Source of the DNA: Haliotis rufescens
Lineage: Eukaryota
Length of the DNA: 64,000 bases
Assembly: GCF_023055435.1 (NCBI RefSeq)
Contig: NW_025963779.1
Coordinates: forward strand, 22,444,001 to 22,508,000
Direction of reading: 5' to 3'
Shown here: positions 53,285 through 64,000 of the stretch, one piece after another
Position numbering within the stretch: position 1 is the stretch's first letter
How the letters are laid out: the number at the start of each line of letters is the position of its first letter
Made by a program: the position numbers and the translations under genes
Notes under the pieces: model-generated
Told to the model about the DNA's origin: nothing
Databases searched by the model: none
What the model saw: the letters and a program-made list of their open reading frames with translations, nothing else

Positions 53285-56200
53285 TCTTTGGTTGATCGGT
53301 AATGGGTTGGTTGATCTGTCGTGGTTGTGGTTGATTTGTAGTGGGTTTGGATGATTTGTAGTTGGTTTGGGTGATCCATAGTGAGTATGACTGATCTGTT
53401 GTGGATTTGATTGATCCGTAGTGTGTTTGTGGTTTTGGTTGTTTTGTAGTGTTTGGTTGATCCAAAGTGGGTTAGTTGATCTGAAATGGGTTTTGTTGAT
53501 CTATAGTGGGTTGGTTGATTTGTAATGGGTAGGTTGATCTGCAGTGGGTTTGTGGTTGTGGTTGATCTATTGTGGTTTGGTCGGCCAATAGTGTGTTTGG
53601 TTGATTCATACTTGGTTTGGTTGATCTGTTGTGGGTTTGGTTGATCAATAGTTGGTGTGGTTGATCCAAAGTTGGTTTGGTTGATTTGTTATGGGTTTGG
53701 TTGATCTGTTGTTGATGTGGTTGATCCAAAGTTGGTTTGGTCGATTTGTTATGGGTTTGGTTGATCTGTTGTGGGTTTGGATTATTTGTTACTGGTTTGG
53801 TTGATTCATAGTGGGTTAGGTTGATCTGTTGTGTGTTTGGTTGATCCATAATGGGTGTGGTTGATCTGTTGTGTGTTTGGTTGATCTGTTGTGTGTTTGG
53901 TTGATCTGTAGTGAGTTTGGTTGATCTGTAGTGTTTGTGATTGATGTGTAGTGTGTCTTAGCTGAGCAGAGTTTTGTTTAATATGTCATCAGTGCGTTTT
54001 GACAGGTTGGGCCGATATGAAGTTAATTTTGTTGATCAGATGTGATTTTGGTTGATATTGAGTGTTGGTTATTTCTGAACTGGGTTTGGTTTATTTGTTA
54101 TTGGATTGATTGATCTATAGTTATAGTTTGATTGATCTGCATTAGGTTTCATTATTTAGTGGTGGATTTCATAGGTTTGTTGTAGTGGATTGGTTTAATA
54201 CGTATGTATGCTTGGTTGGATCTGTAGATTATTTGCTTGATCTATAGTGTGTTTGGTTGATCTGTAGATTATTTGGTTGATCTGTAGTGTGTTTGGTTGG
54301 ATCTGTAGATTATTTGCTTCATCTGTAGTGTGTTTCGTTGGATCTGTAGAGTATTTAGTTGATCTGTAGTGTGTTTGGTTGGATCTTTAGATTACTTGGT
54401 TGAACTGTAATGTAGTGGTCGGATCTGTACACTATTTGGTTGATCTGTAGTGTGTTTGGTTGATCTATAGATTATTTGGTTCATCTGTAGTGTGTTTGGT
54501 TGATCTGTAGATTATTTGGTTGATCTGTAGTGTGTTTGGTTGATCTATAAATTATTTGGTTGATCTGTAGTGTGTTTGGTTGATCTATAGATTATTTGGT
54601 TGATCTGTAGTGTGTTTGGTTGATCTATAGATTATTTGGTTGATCTGTAGTCTGTTTGGTTCATCTGTAGATTATTTGGTTGATCTGTAGTGTTTGGTTG
54701 ATCTATAGATTATTTGGTTGATCTGTAGTGTGTTTGGTTGATCTGTAGATGATTGGTTGATCTGTAGATGATTGGTTGGATCTGAAGATTATTTGATTGA
54801 TCTTGAGTGAGTTTAGTTTGATCTGTAGATTATTTAGTTGAATTCTAGTGTGTTTGGTTGGATTTGTAGATTATTTGGTTGATCTGTAGTGTGTTTGGTT
54901 GATCTGTAGATTATTTGGTTGATCTGTAGTGTGTTTCGTTGATCTGTAGTGTGTTTGGTTGGATCTGTAGATTATTTGGTTGATCTGTAGTGTGTTTGGT
55001 TGATCTGTAGATTATTTGCTTGATCTGTAGTGTGTTTGGTTGATCTATAGATTATAAGGTTGATCTTTAGTTATTTTGGTTGATCTGTAGATTATTTGCT
55101 TGGTCTGTTGTGTGTTTGGTTCATCTGTAGATTATTTGGTTGATCTGTAGCCAGTTTGGTTGGATCTGTGGATTATTTAGTTCATCTATCGATTATTTGG
55201 TTGATTTGTAGTGTGTTTCGTTGATCTGTAGTGTGTTTGATTGGATCTGTAGATTTTTTTGTTGATCTGTAGATTATTTGGTTGATCTGTTCTGTGTTTG
55301 GTTGGATCTGTAGATTATTTCGTTGATCTGTAGTGTGTTTGGTTCATCTGTAACGTGTTTGATGAATCTGTAACGTGTTTGACTGATCTGTAGATTATTT
55401 GGTTGATCTGTAGTGAGTTTGGTTGGATCTGTAGATTATTTGGTTGAATTCTAGTGTGTTTGGTTGGATATGTAGATTATTTGGTTGATCTGTAGTGTGT
55501 TTGGTTGATCTGTAGTGTGTTTAGTTGATCTGTAGATTATTTGGTTGGATCTGTAGATTATTTGGTTGATCTGTAATGTGTTTGGTTGATCTGTAAATTA
55601 TTTGGTTGATCTGTTGTGTGTTTGGTTGATCTGTAGTGTGTTTGGTTGATCTGTAGATTATTTGTTTGATGTGTAGTGTGTTTAGTTGATCTGTAGATTA
55701 TTTGGTTGATGCGTAGTGTGTTTGGTTGGATCTATAGATTATTTGGATGATCTGTAATGTATTTGGTTGATCTATAGATTATTTGGTTAATCTGTAGTGG
55801 GTTTGGTTGATCTGTATTGTGTTGGTTGGATCTGTAGATTATTTGGTTGATCTGTAATGTGTTTGGTTGATCTGTAGATTATTTGTTTGATCTGTAGTGT
55901 GTTTGGTTGATCAGTAGATTATTTGGTTGATCTGTAGTCAGTTTGGTTAGATCTGTAGATTATTTAGTTGATCTGTAGATTAGTTGGTTGTTCTGTAGTG
56001 TGTTTGGTTGATCTGTAGTGTGTTTGATGGATCTGTAACGTGTTAAGCTGATCAGTAGATTATATGATTGATCTGTAGTGAGTTTGGTTTGATCTGTAGA
56101 TTATTTAGTTGATCTGTAGTGTGTTTGGTTGGATCTGTAGATTATTTGCTTGATCTGTAGTGTGTTTCGTTGGATCTGTAGATTATTTGGTTGATCTGTA

Positions 56201-58080
56201 GTGTGTTTGGTTGATCTGTAGATTATTTCCTTGATCTGTAGTGTGTTTGGTTGATCCATAGATTATAAGGTTGATCTTTAGTTATTTTGGTTGATCTGTA
56301 AATTATTTGCTTGGTCTGTTGTGTGTTTGGTTCATCTGTAGATTATTTGATTGATCTGTAGCCAGTTTGGTTGGATCTGTAGATTATTTAGTTCATCTAT
56401 AGATTATTTGGTTGATTTGTAGTGTGTTTGGTTGATCTGTAGTGTGTTTGATTGGATCTGTAGATTTTTTATTGATCTGTAGATTATTTGGTTGATCTGT
56501 TCTGTGTTTGGTTGGATCTGTAGATTATTTCGTTGATCTGTAGTGTGTTTGGTTCATCTGTAACGTGTTTGATGAATCTGTAACGTGTTTGACTGATCTG
56601 TAGATTATTTGGTTGATCTGTAGTGAGTTTGGTTGGATCTGTAGATTATTTGGTTGAATTCTAGTCTGTTTGGTTGGATATGTAGATTATTTGGTTGATC
56701 TGTAGTGTGTTTGGTTGATCTGTAGATTATTTGGTTGATCTGTAGTGTGTTTGGTTGATCTGTAGATTATTTGGTTGGATCTGTAGATTATTTGGTTGAT
56801 CTGTAATGTGTTTGGTTGATCTGTAAATTATTTGGTTGATCTGTTGTGTGTTTGGTTGATCTGTAGTGTGTTTGGTTGATCTGTAGATTATTTGTTTGAT
56901 GTGTAGTGTGTTTAGTTGATCTGTAGATTATTTGGTTGATGTGTAGTGTGTTTGGTTGGATCTATAGATTATTTGGATGATCTGTAATGTATTTGGTTGA
57001 TCTGTAGATTATTTGGTTAATCTGTAGTGGGTTTGGTTGATCTGTATTGTGTTTGGTTGGATCTGTAGATTATTTGGTTGATCTGTAATGTGTTTGGTTG
57101 ATCTGTAGATTATTTGCTTGATCTGTAGATTATATGGATGATCTGTAGTGTGTTTGGTTGATCTGTAGATTATTTGGTTGATCTGTAGTGTTTGGTTGAT
57201 CTGTAGATTCTTTGGTTGATCTGTAATGTGTTTGGTTGGATCTGTAGATTATTTGGTTGATCTGTAGTGTGTTTGGTTGGATCTGTAGATTATTTGGTTG
57301 ATCTGTAGTGTGTTTGGTTGATCTGTAGATTATTTGGTTGATCTGTTGTGTGTTTGGTTGATCTGTAGATTATTTGGTTGATCTGTAGTGTGTTTGGTTG
57401 GATATGTAGATTATTTGGTTGATCTGTAGTGTGTTTGGTTGATCTGTAGATTATTTGGTTGATCTGTAGATTATTTGGTTGATCTGTTGTGTGTTTGATT
57501 GATCTGTAGATTATTTGGTTGATCTGTAGTGTGTTTGGTTGATCTATAGATTATTTGGTTGATCTGTAGTGTGTTTGGTTGATCTGTTGATTATTTGGTT
57601 GATCTGTAGTGTGTTTGGTTGATCTGTAGATTATTTGGTTGATCTGTAGTGTGTTTGGTTGATCTGTAGTGTGTTTGGTTGATCTGTAGATTATTTGGTT
57701 GATCTGTAGTGCGTTTGGTTGATCTGTAGATTATATGGATGATCTGTAGGGTGTTTGGTTGATCTGTAGATTATTTGCTTGATCTGTAGTGTGTTTGGTT
57801 GATCTGTAGATTATTTGCTTGATCTGAAGTGTGTTTGGTTGATCAGTTGTGTGTTTGGTTGATCTGTAGTGTGTTCGGTTGATCTGTAGTGTGTTTGGTT
57901 GTATCTATAGATTATTTGGTTGATCTGTATTGTGTTTGGTTGGATCTGTAGATTATTTGGTTGATCTGTAGTGTGTTTGGTTGATCTGTCGATTATTTGG
58001 TTGATCTGTAGTGTGTTTGGTTGTTCTGTAGATTATTTGGTTGATCTGTAATGTGTTTGGTTGATATGTTTTAGTTTTTG
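53285..58080. repeat. 4.8-kb satellite of 20-bp monomers forming a 40-bp dimer
   Basis: Alternating tggttgatctgtagtgtgtt and tggttgatctgtagattatt units; more degenerate at the left end. Confidence 0.97.
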
Positions 58081-58310
58081 TTTGATTTTGAATAAAAGTC
58101 TAACTTGGCACGTGACTTTGGCGTTTACCACTTTGGTGGAAACCATTAGCACAGTTATAGTGCTTTCAAACCAAGGATCATAATCAGGGTTATGAACCCA
58201 TGGTCAGTGGAGCCTTGCACCAGCCAGGGAGGCAACTATGAATAGCAAATTGGGATAACCATGCTCCTTGATCTGTGTGGCTTTGGTTCATCATTTGGAG
58301 CAAGTGGGTG

Positions 58311-58430
58311 AATGAATTTTGTTTAATGCCACAGGCAGCAATATTCCAGCTATATCACGAGAGCCTGTAAATAATGGAGCCTGGACCAGAGACTGGAAGC
58401 ATGAGCAACCACACAATCAGCCAAGTCACA
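58311..58430 (-). mobile_element. Degenerate family C fragment
   Basis: cagcaatattccagctatat...ctgtaaataat...ctggaccaga. Confidence 0.6.
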
Positions 58431-58502
58431 ACACCCAGACACCAATTAGGCAGCTCTGACAAAGCATGTTGCACTGGAGGCAGTAACTTTTCACTCAGTA
58501 AC

Positions 58503-58662
58503 TGAGTGAGTGAGGTTTTACGCCGCTTTTAGCAATATTCGAGAATATCATGGCAGGGGACACGAATAATGGGCTTCACACATTGTACCCATGATGGGAA
58601 TCGAACCCGGGTCTTCGGCGTGACGAGCTAACGCTTTAACCACTAGGCTACCCGACCGCCCC
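58503..58662 (-). mobile_element. SINE family B copy
   Basis: Near-exact reverse complement of 27782-27950. Confidence 0.9.
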
Positions 58663-61600
58663 TAAACTGTAGCCCTAACACGCCATAATTTACTTACAGC
58701 ATCACATCTCTTATGGCAGCCCCAGGATGGTTTTTCTTGTAGGTTCGAATCTCAGATTTGTCCAGATTCTTATGCATGTGTTCCAGCATCATGATACCCA
58801 AGCTTAAGGGTTTCATAAAAGTGGTACCTTTCCATGACTTTATCTTTCCTCTCTCATTAAGCTGACAAAGTGTGACTTAAGAACTGTATTAAGTACATTA
58901 ATTAACTTTAAACACTTCAAAATATTATGGAAGCATTAGTGTAAAGTAATGAATCAGTAACGATATCTGATTACTTAGTGATGGTTCTCATCTATTAACA
59001 AATTTTATCAGATGGTTATATACTACTCAAAAGAAGTTAAAGAACACCCATTTTTTATATGGGTCAGTAATATAAATAAATTACCAAAGTCATATAAAAC
59101 AATTGGGTGTTCTTTAACTTCCTAGTTGTATATTTTTAGTACCTGCTAAAATGTTGAATTAACTCATTAAATAACTAATATAACTGATCAGTTTTCCAGT
59201 TCTGTTTGCTGTGAGAAGTCCTGTTTAATATTTCTGTTTACTAGTCATATATCAATGTCAAGCTTACGGCTATCCTTCCTGTCATGGGAACTGAACTTGA
59301 AATACATTGACAGGTTTTAGCCAACAGATTAAGTGAAGATATCACTACACTTCAACACATGAGATGAACTGAAGCTGTGCATAATATGTAACCTAATCTT
59401 CAACATTCCTATATTCACTGGGTTTCTCCTTGTCTGTCTGCTATTCACCAGCTCCAATCAAAAGCCAACAAAAATTTCAAAGAACAGGTAACAGTTGCAA
59501 TGTCACGCGACACTCACAATAAAAAAGCTGACAAAGCCTACAAGGTCCCCACAAAAAGGTGATCATGGATCTATTTGTTGGTCACACACTGAAGCTGTAG
59601 ACTTACAATGGACAGGCAAAGATCAACTTTGAAACAGTTGAGCAGTACAAATTGATCACTGATAACACCTCAAAGAGATTGCAAAGTCTTCTGATCGTCA
59701 AACCCTTGCCTTGCACATGACAACTGGCAATTACTGAACTGTTGTTCATGACCCCATGACCTCTGGTCCCACCTCCCGTAACTTGAAGAGTAATTACTGA
59801 ACTAAGCGACTGGTAGTATACCTTGATATTTACAGTAAACTACCTACATGAGAATACCTGTAATCAACACAGAAAATAATGAATGCAAACTTTGATAAAA
59901 CATAAGTGAAATCAGGAAATATTCTTCAATGGACTAAACATTGTAAATAGCAGCATTAGGCAAATATTCTAACCTTGAAATGTTTATTTTTGAGTATCCA
60001 GCTAATGGCTTCTGTGTGTTTTCCAAGGTGACACATACATCAGAGTCTTATACTCCTTACAAGGCTAACTTAGATTATGAAAAAATTTCTTTTATAAAAT
60101 ATTTTTTTCAAAAGAACCTTCCCTCTTCTGCTGTTTTCATAGACTGTGGGATCAAGGAAACTAGACTTGCCTTGGCTTTTAGTAAAAAACAACTAAATAA
60201 TAACTATATGCATATATATAAATTCCACAGTCATGGCGCAGGATTAACTTCTTACCCATCAGAGTGTTAGTGATGCAGGTACAATGAAGGTGAATTTTAC
60301 TCCAAAATTTCCATAAATTCTGCATGAATGAAGATAAAGCTGATAGTTAAACTATCAATTATTATTTATAACTGAAATCAAAGTGTCCTGATAAAGATTT
60401 TTTTTACATAACATCAATTAAAGTATTACTTCATAAATAAATTCACATGCATCATATCATTTGAAAAATATGCCCATGTTACATTACACCATGGTCCATT
60501 TCCTGTACCTCTACCGTGTATCCTCTGTGTTAAAAGTTTTCCAGCAGTGATCTACAATTGTCAGTATTGAATCCTAGCCACCTGATGTCTCAGTCCAAGC
60601 TGATTACAGTGATTGATAATGACAAAACATCTATACACATCTACAAATAGCCTCAGCCCCTGCATTGTAATGACAGCACGGGATTTAATTTCCAATCCAT
60701 ACGACAACCCTGTGTCGTGGCCACGATTCCCAGGCATTCCGTGTGTATCATGGGTAATACAGTAAGCATGGCGAGATATGAGTTATGATCCAGGTATCTC
60801 TATTGCATGTTGTCGATTGGCTTGGCAAAGGTTTGGACTCAAACAAGGCAGTCAGTGAAGCGATGTAGCACTGATCCCTTGCTGACGACGGCCTCAGTCA
60901 GGGTGTTTCCATGTAGAGACTGAAGGACGAAGGACGAGGGGAATATACGAGGTGAGGTAACTTTGAATGTTTGGGTGAAAGAAAATAATTCTTTTATCTT
61001 ATTCTTTTTTAATCTATTCATATGTTAAAACTAAAACAATGGATGACTAAAAACATGAACTTGGGACAAAATGAAAAAATAACCATCAACACATCACTTT
61101 GAAGTACTGGTTGTGTCTTAGTGATACAAACCCAATGTTCATTCTTACAATGTTTAAGTGTTTTAATAATAATGTTTGTAACACTCCAATGAATGTGTGT
61201 GAATGTATCAAGTTTCCAGTAATGAACTAATAATATATTTTTCTGCTGTATAAATATACAGGAAGAAAATTGAATTTCTAGATACTGTGTTTGACCAAGT
61301 ATTTTCTATAAAGTTTATTTTAAACTATTTACAATTGTTCCAAACAAGTTGTTTCTTGGCAAATCAATTACTGCTATTTGACAAACTTTGAGAAGTATTG
61401 ACTCGGAACCACTTAGAAAAACGATAAGATTAACCTTTTACAGGTCACTGATATAGATTTCTGATTACGAAATGTCTTAGTCTTTACATGAGATATCTTA
61501 ACAAAACCAATCAACATATTGATTTCAAACTTGAAGGATTAGCGCTTCCAATTCACTGATCCTTGTTGATATCTTCACTGTACATGTAAAATATACTAAC

Positions 61601-61699
61601 AAAAATCTTTATCACATCACGTTTATGACAAAGCAGGATGTTGCCTAAAGTCTGAAAAAGTTCAAATTTATCCACAGAGTGACACAAGTCCCCACCAAG

Positions 61700-64000
61700 A
61701 TGGAGGAATCTGAGAAGAGGGTTCTTGGCCAGTACCGACATCGTCTTGCTAATGAAATAGTTGTCACTGAGAGTTTTCTGTGTGCGTTCTGTGAGAGCAA
61801 TGTACTGGACAAGGAGATGTCCGCTGTAGTTCAGGTCAGTACAGTCATCTTCTGATCAGTTCAGTAGTGACGGTCAAATTGATTGAAATTATGGAAGATT
61901 TACTGGAAGGTCCAAATTACAAACCATTCAAAAGCAATTTGCAATAATCAAAGACAAACAATTTTGCATCCGTCAAGTCCTGAGATAGTTTTGTTATCCT
62001 GAGAAGGTTATTATTAGTAGTTAATACTTGAAGCAAAACATGAGAAAGAGTGTGGCCAGTGTCTATATTTAAAAATAAAGTCCAGAAGTAAATATATATG
62101 TTTGTTTTTGTCAGATGTGATCTAGTTCTATTGAAAATTACATTTTTAAAAAGCAAAATGACATTAATCATTAAATCTTGATGCTCAATCGATTGAGACA
62201 ATCCAATCATCAATCATGATTATACAACTAATTCCCAACACTACAGATCAGTAACCAGAATCATGAAAGTAACATGTCATCTTATAGCAACACAAGTATT
62301 ATCAATTTTCAGTTATCAATACATTCAAATGTTGATAATTACTTTTGCCAACGAGTATGTTTTGCGCACCGGTATATGGATATAAACAGAACTGAACCTG
62401 TGTGGAAAATATTCCCCTTATAACACCTTTCCAAATACATTCCCTTATAACACCTTTCCAAATACATTCCCTTATAACACCTTTCCAAATACATTCCCTT
62501 ATAACACCTTTCCAAATACATTCCCTTATAACACCTTTCCAAATACATTCCCTCCTAACACCTTTCCAAATACATTCCCTTATAACACCTTTCCAAATAC
62601 ATTCCCTTATAACACCTTTGCAAATACATTCCCTTATAACACCTTTGCAAATACATTCCCTTATAACACCTTTGCAAATACATTCCCTTATAACACCTTT
62701 CCAAATACATTCCCTTATAACACCTTTGCAAATACATTCCCTCATAACACCTTTCCAAATACATTCCCTTATAACACCTTTCCAAATACATTCCCTTATA
62801 ACACCTTTGCAAATACATTCCCTTAAGCTATAGCTTAAAAGAAAGTGTAATGGTTGCGTGAGTATACTTTTATTGTCAACATCAAGTTAGTGAATCGTAC
62901 TGATACTTCAGAATGCAAGGCCCACAGGAAGTTATGTATTCCTTGTGTTCCAGAATGAGCTGACTTATGTGATCAAGGCACATTGGGATATAATGTATTC
63001 CTTGTGTTTCAAAATGAGCTGACTCACATGATCAAGGCACATTGGGATATAATGTATTCCTGGTGTTTCAGAATAAGCTGACTTATGTGATCAAGGCACA
63101 TTGGGATATAATGTATTCCTGGTGTTTCAGCAGAATAAGCTGTCACTCACGTGATCAAGGCACATGGGCATATCATGTATTCCTTGTGTTTCAAAATGAG
63201 CTGACTTATGTGATCAATGCACACGGGGATATCATGTATTCCTTGTGTTTCAAAATGAGCTGACTTATGTGATCAATGCACACGGGGATATCATGTATTC
63301 CTGGTGTTTCAAAATGAGCTGACTTATGTGATCAATGCACACGGGGGTATCATGTATTCCTTGTGTTTGAAAATGAGCTGACTAATATGTTCAATTGATC
63401 AATGCACACAGGGATATCATGTATTCCTTGTGTTTCAAAATGAGCTGACTTATGTGATCAATGCATACGGGGATATCATGTATTCCTTGTGTTTCAAAAT
63501 GAGCTGACTTATGTGATCAAGGTACATGGGCATATCATGTGTTCCTGGTGTTTCAGAATAAGTTTACCCATCTGATCTAGGTACATGGGGATATCATGTA
63601 TTTCTGGTGTTTCGGTATAAGCTGACTTATGTGATCAAGGTACATGGGCATGTCATATGTTCCTTGTGTTTTTAGAATGAGCTGGCTTATGTGATCAAGG
63701 CCCACAGGCATGTAATATATTCCTGGTATTTCAGAATGAGCTGACTGATGTGATCAAGGCCCACAGGCATGTAATATATTCCTGGTATTTCAGAATGAGC
63801 TGACTGATGTGATCAAGGCCCACAGGCAAGTCATGTATGCCTGGTGTTTCAGAATGAGCTGAGTTACGTGAGCAAGGCCCACCGCCTGCTGGAGCTGCTG
63901 CCCAAGAGAGGCTACAAGGCCTTCACCACCCTGCTGGAGATCCTGTCCATAACCAACCCCTGGCTGGCAGAGAAGATGAAGACTAGCTACATCGAGGAGA
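61700..64000 (+). CDS. CARD-domain paralogue D, 5' part only; exon 61700-61834 and exon 63853 to window end
   Basis: A 45-codon exon MEESEKRVLGQYRHRLANEI...SAVVQ ends at cag|gtcagt. After the acceptor tttcAG at 63852 the frame reads NELSYVSKAHRLLELLPKRGYKAFTTLLEILSITNPWLAEKMKTSYIEE. Confidence 0.88.
62410..62825. repeat. 27-bp minisatellite (about 15 units) in intron 1 of paralogue D
   Basis: Unit cccttataacaccttt(c/g)caaatacatt. Confidence 0.95.
62905..63883 (+). repeat. 59-bp minisatellite (about 16 units) made of the intron-1/exon-2 junction of paralogue D
   Basis: Unit tcatgtattcctggtgtttc(ag/aa)aatgagctgacttatgtgatcaaggcccacaggc; the last unit is the true acceptor and exon start. Confidence 0.92.

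Noticed and set aside
53241-53849. Q/P/T/N-rich ORFs as mucin-like genes
   Set aside because: They are translations of the degenerate end of the 20-bp satellite.
62302-62833. Repetitive ORFs (VIRECIWKG, SLITPFQIH, MYLERCYKG) as Cys-rich proteins
   Set aside because: They are translations of a 27-bp intronic minisatellite that is open in several frames on both strands.
63794-63831. 32-nt microexon with a consensus GC donor (AG|GCAAGT) in the penultimate 59-bp unit
   Set aside because: The intron to the true acceptor would be only 27 nt and the exon would shift the frame, so it is not supportable without transcript data.

Overview
This is AT-rich eukaryotic genomic DNA with spliceosomal introns. 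The SINE and MITE repertoire suggests a mollusc, probably an abalone (Haliotis-like); that is an inference from recalled repeat families, not a database result. The main content is a head-to-tail (+ strand) cluster of four divergent CARD-family paralogues: A 23949-26381, B 34112-36540, C 41328-47073, and D from 61700 running off the window. The ORF track misses most of it because the CARD is split over two small exons. All four share a 45-codon first coding exon ending in phase 0 and a second CARD exon carrying LP[KR][RC]G. A, B and C also share a phase-1 intron and a long terminal exon encoding a helical domain, a coiled coil and a basic Ser/Arg-rich tail. Paralogue B has a frameshift and a CGA>TGA stop in its last exon. 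In paralogue D the exon-2 splice acceptor has been amplified into a roughly 16-copy 59-bp minisatellite. Upstream is a single-coding-exon gene (7643-8638) that looks like a CARD-less relative ending in a CHORD/BTK-like zinc finger. The rest is four SINE-like families, several MITEs (one nested), decayed pogo, Penelope-like and Academ-like remnants, and several tandem arrays, including a 4.8-kb 20/40-bp satellite with a ~1.2-kb higher-order duplication. No prokaryotic features and no CRISPR array are present.
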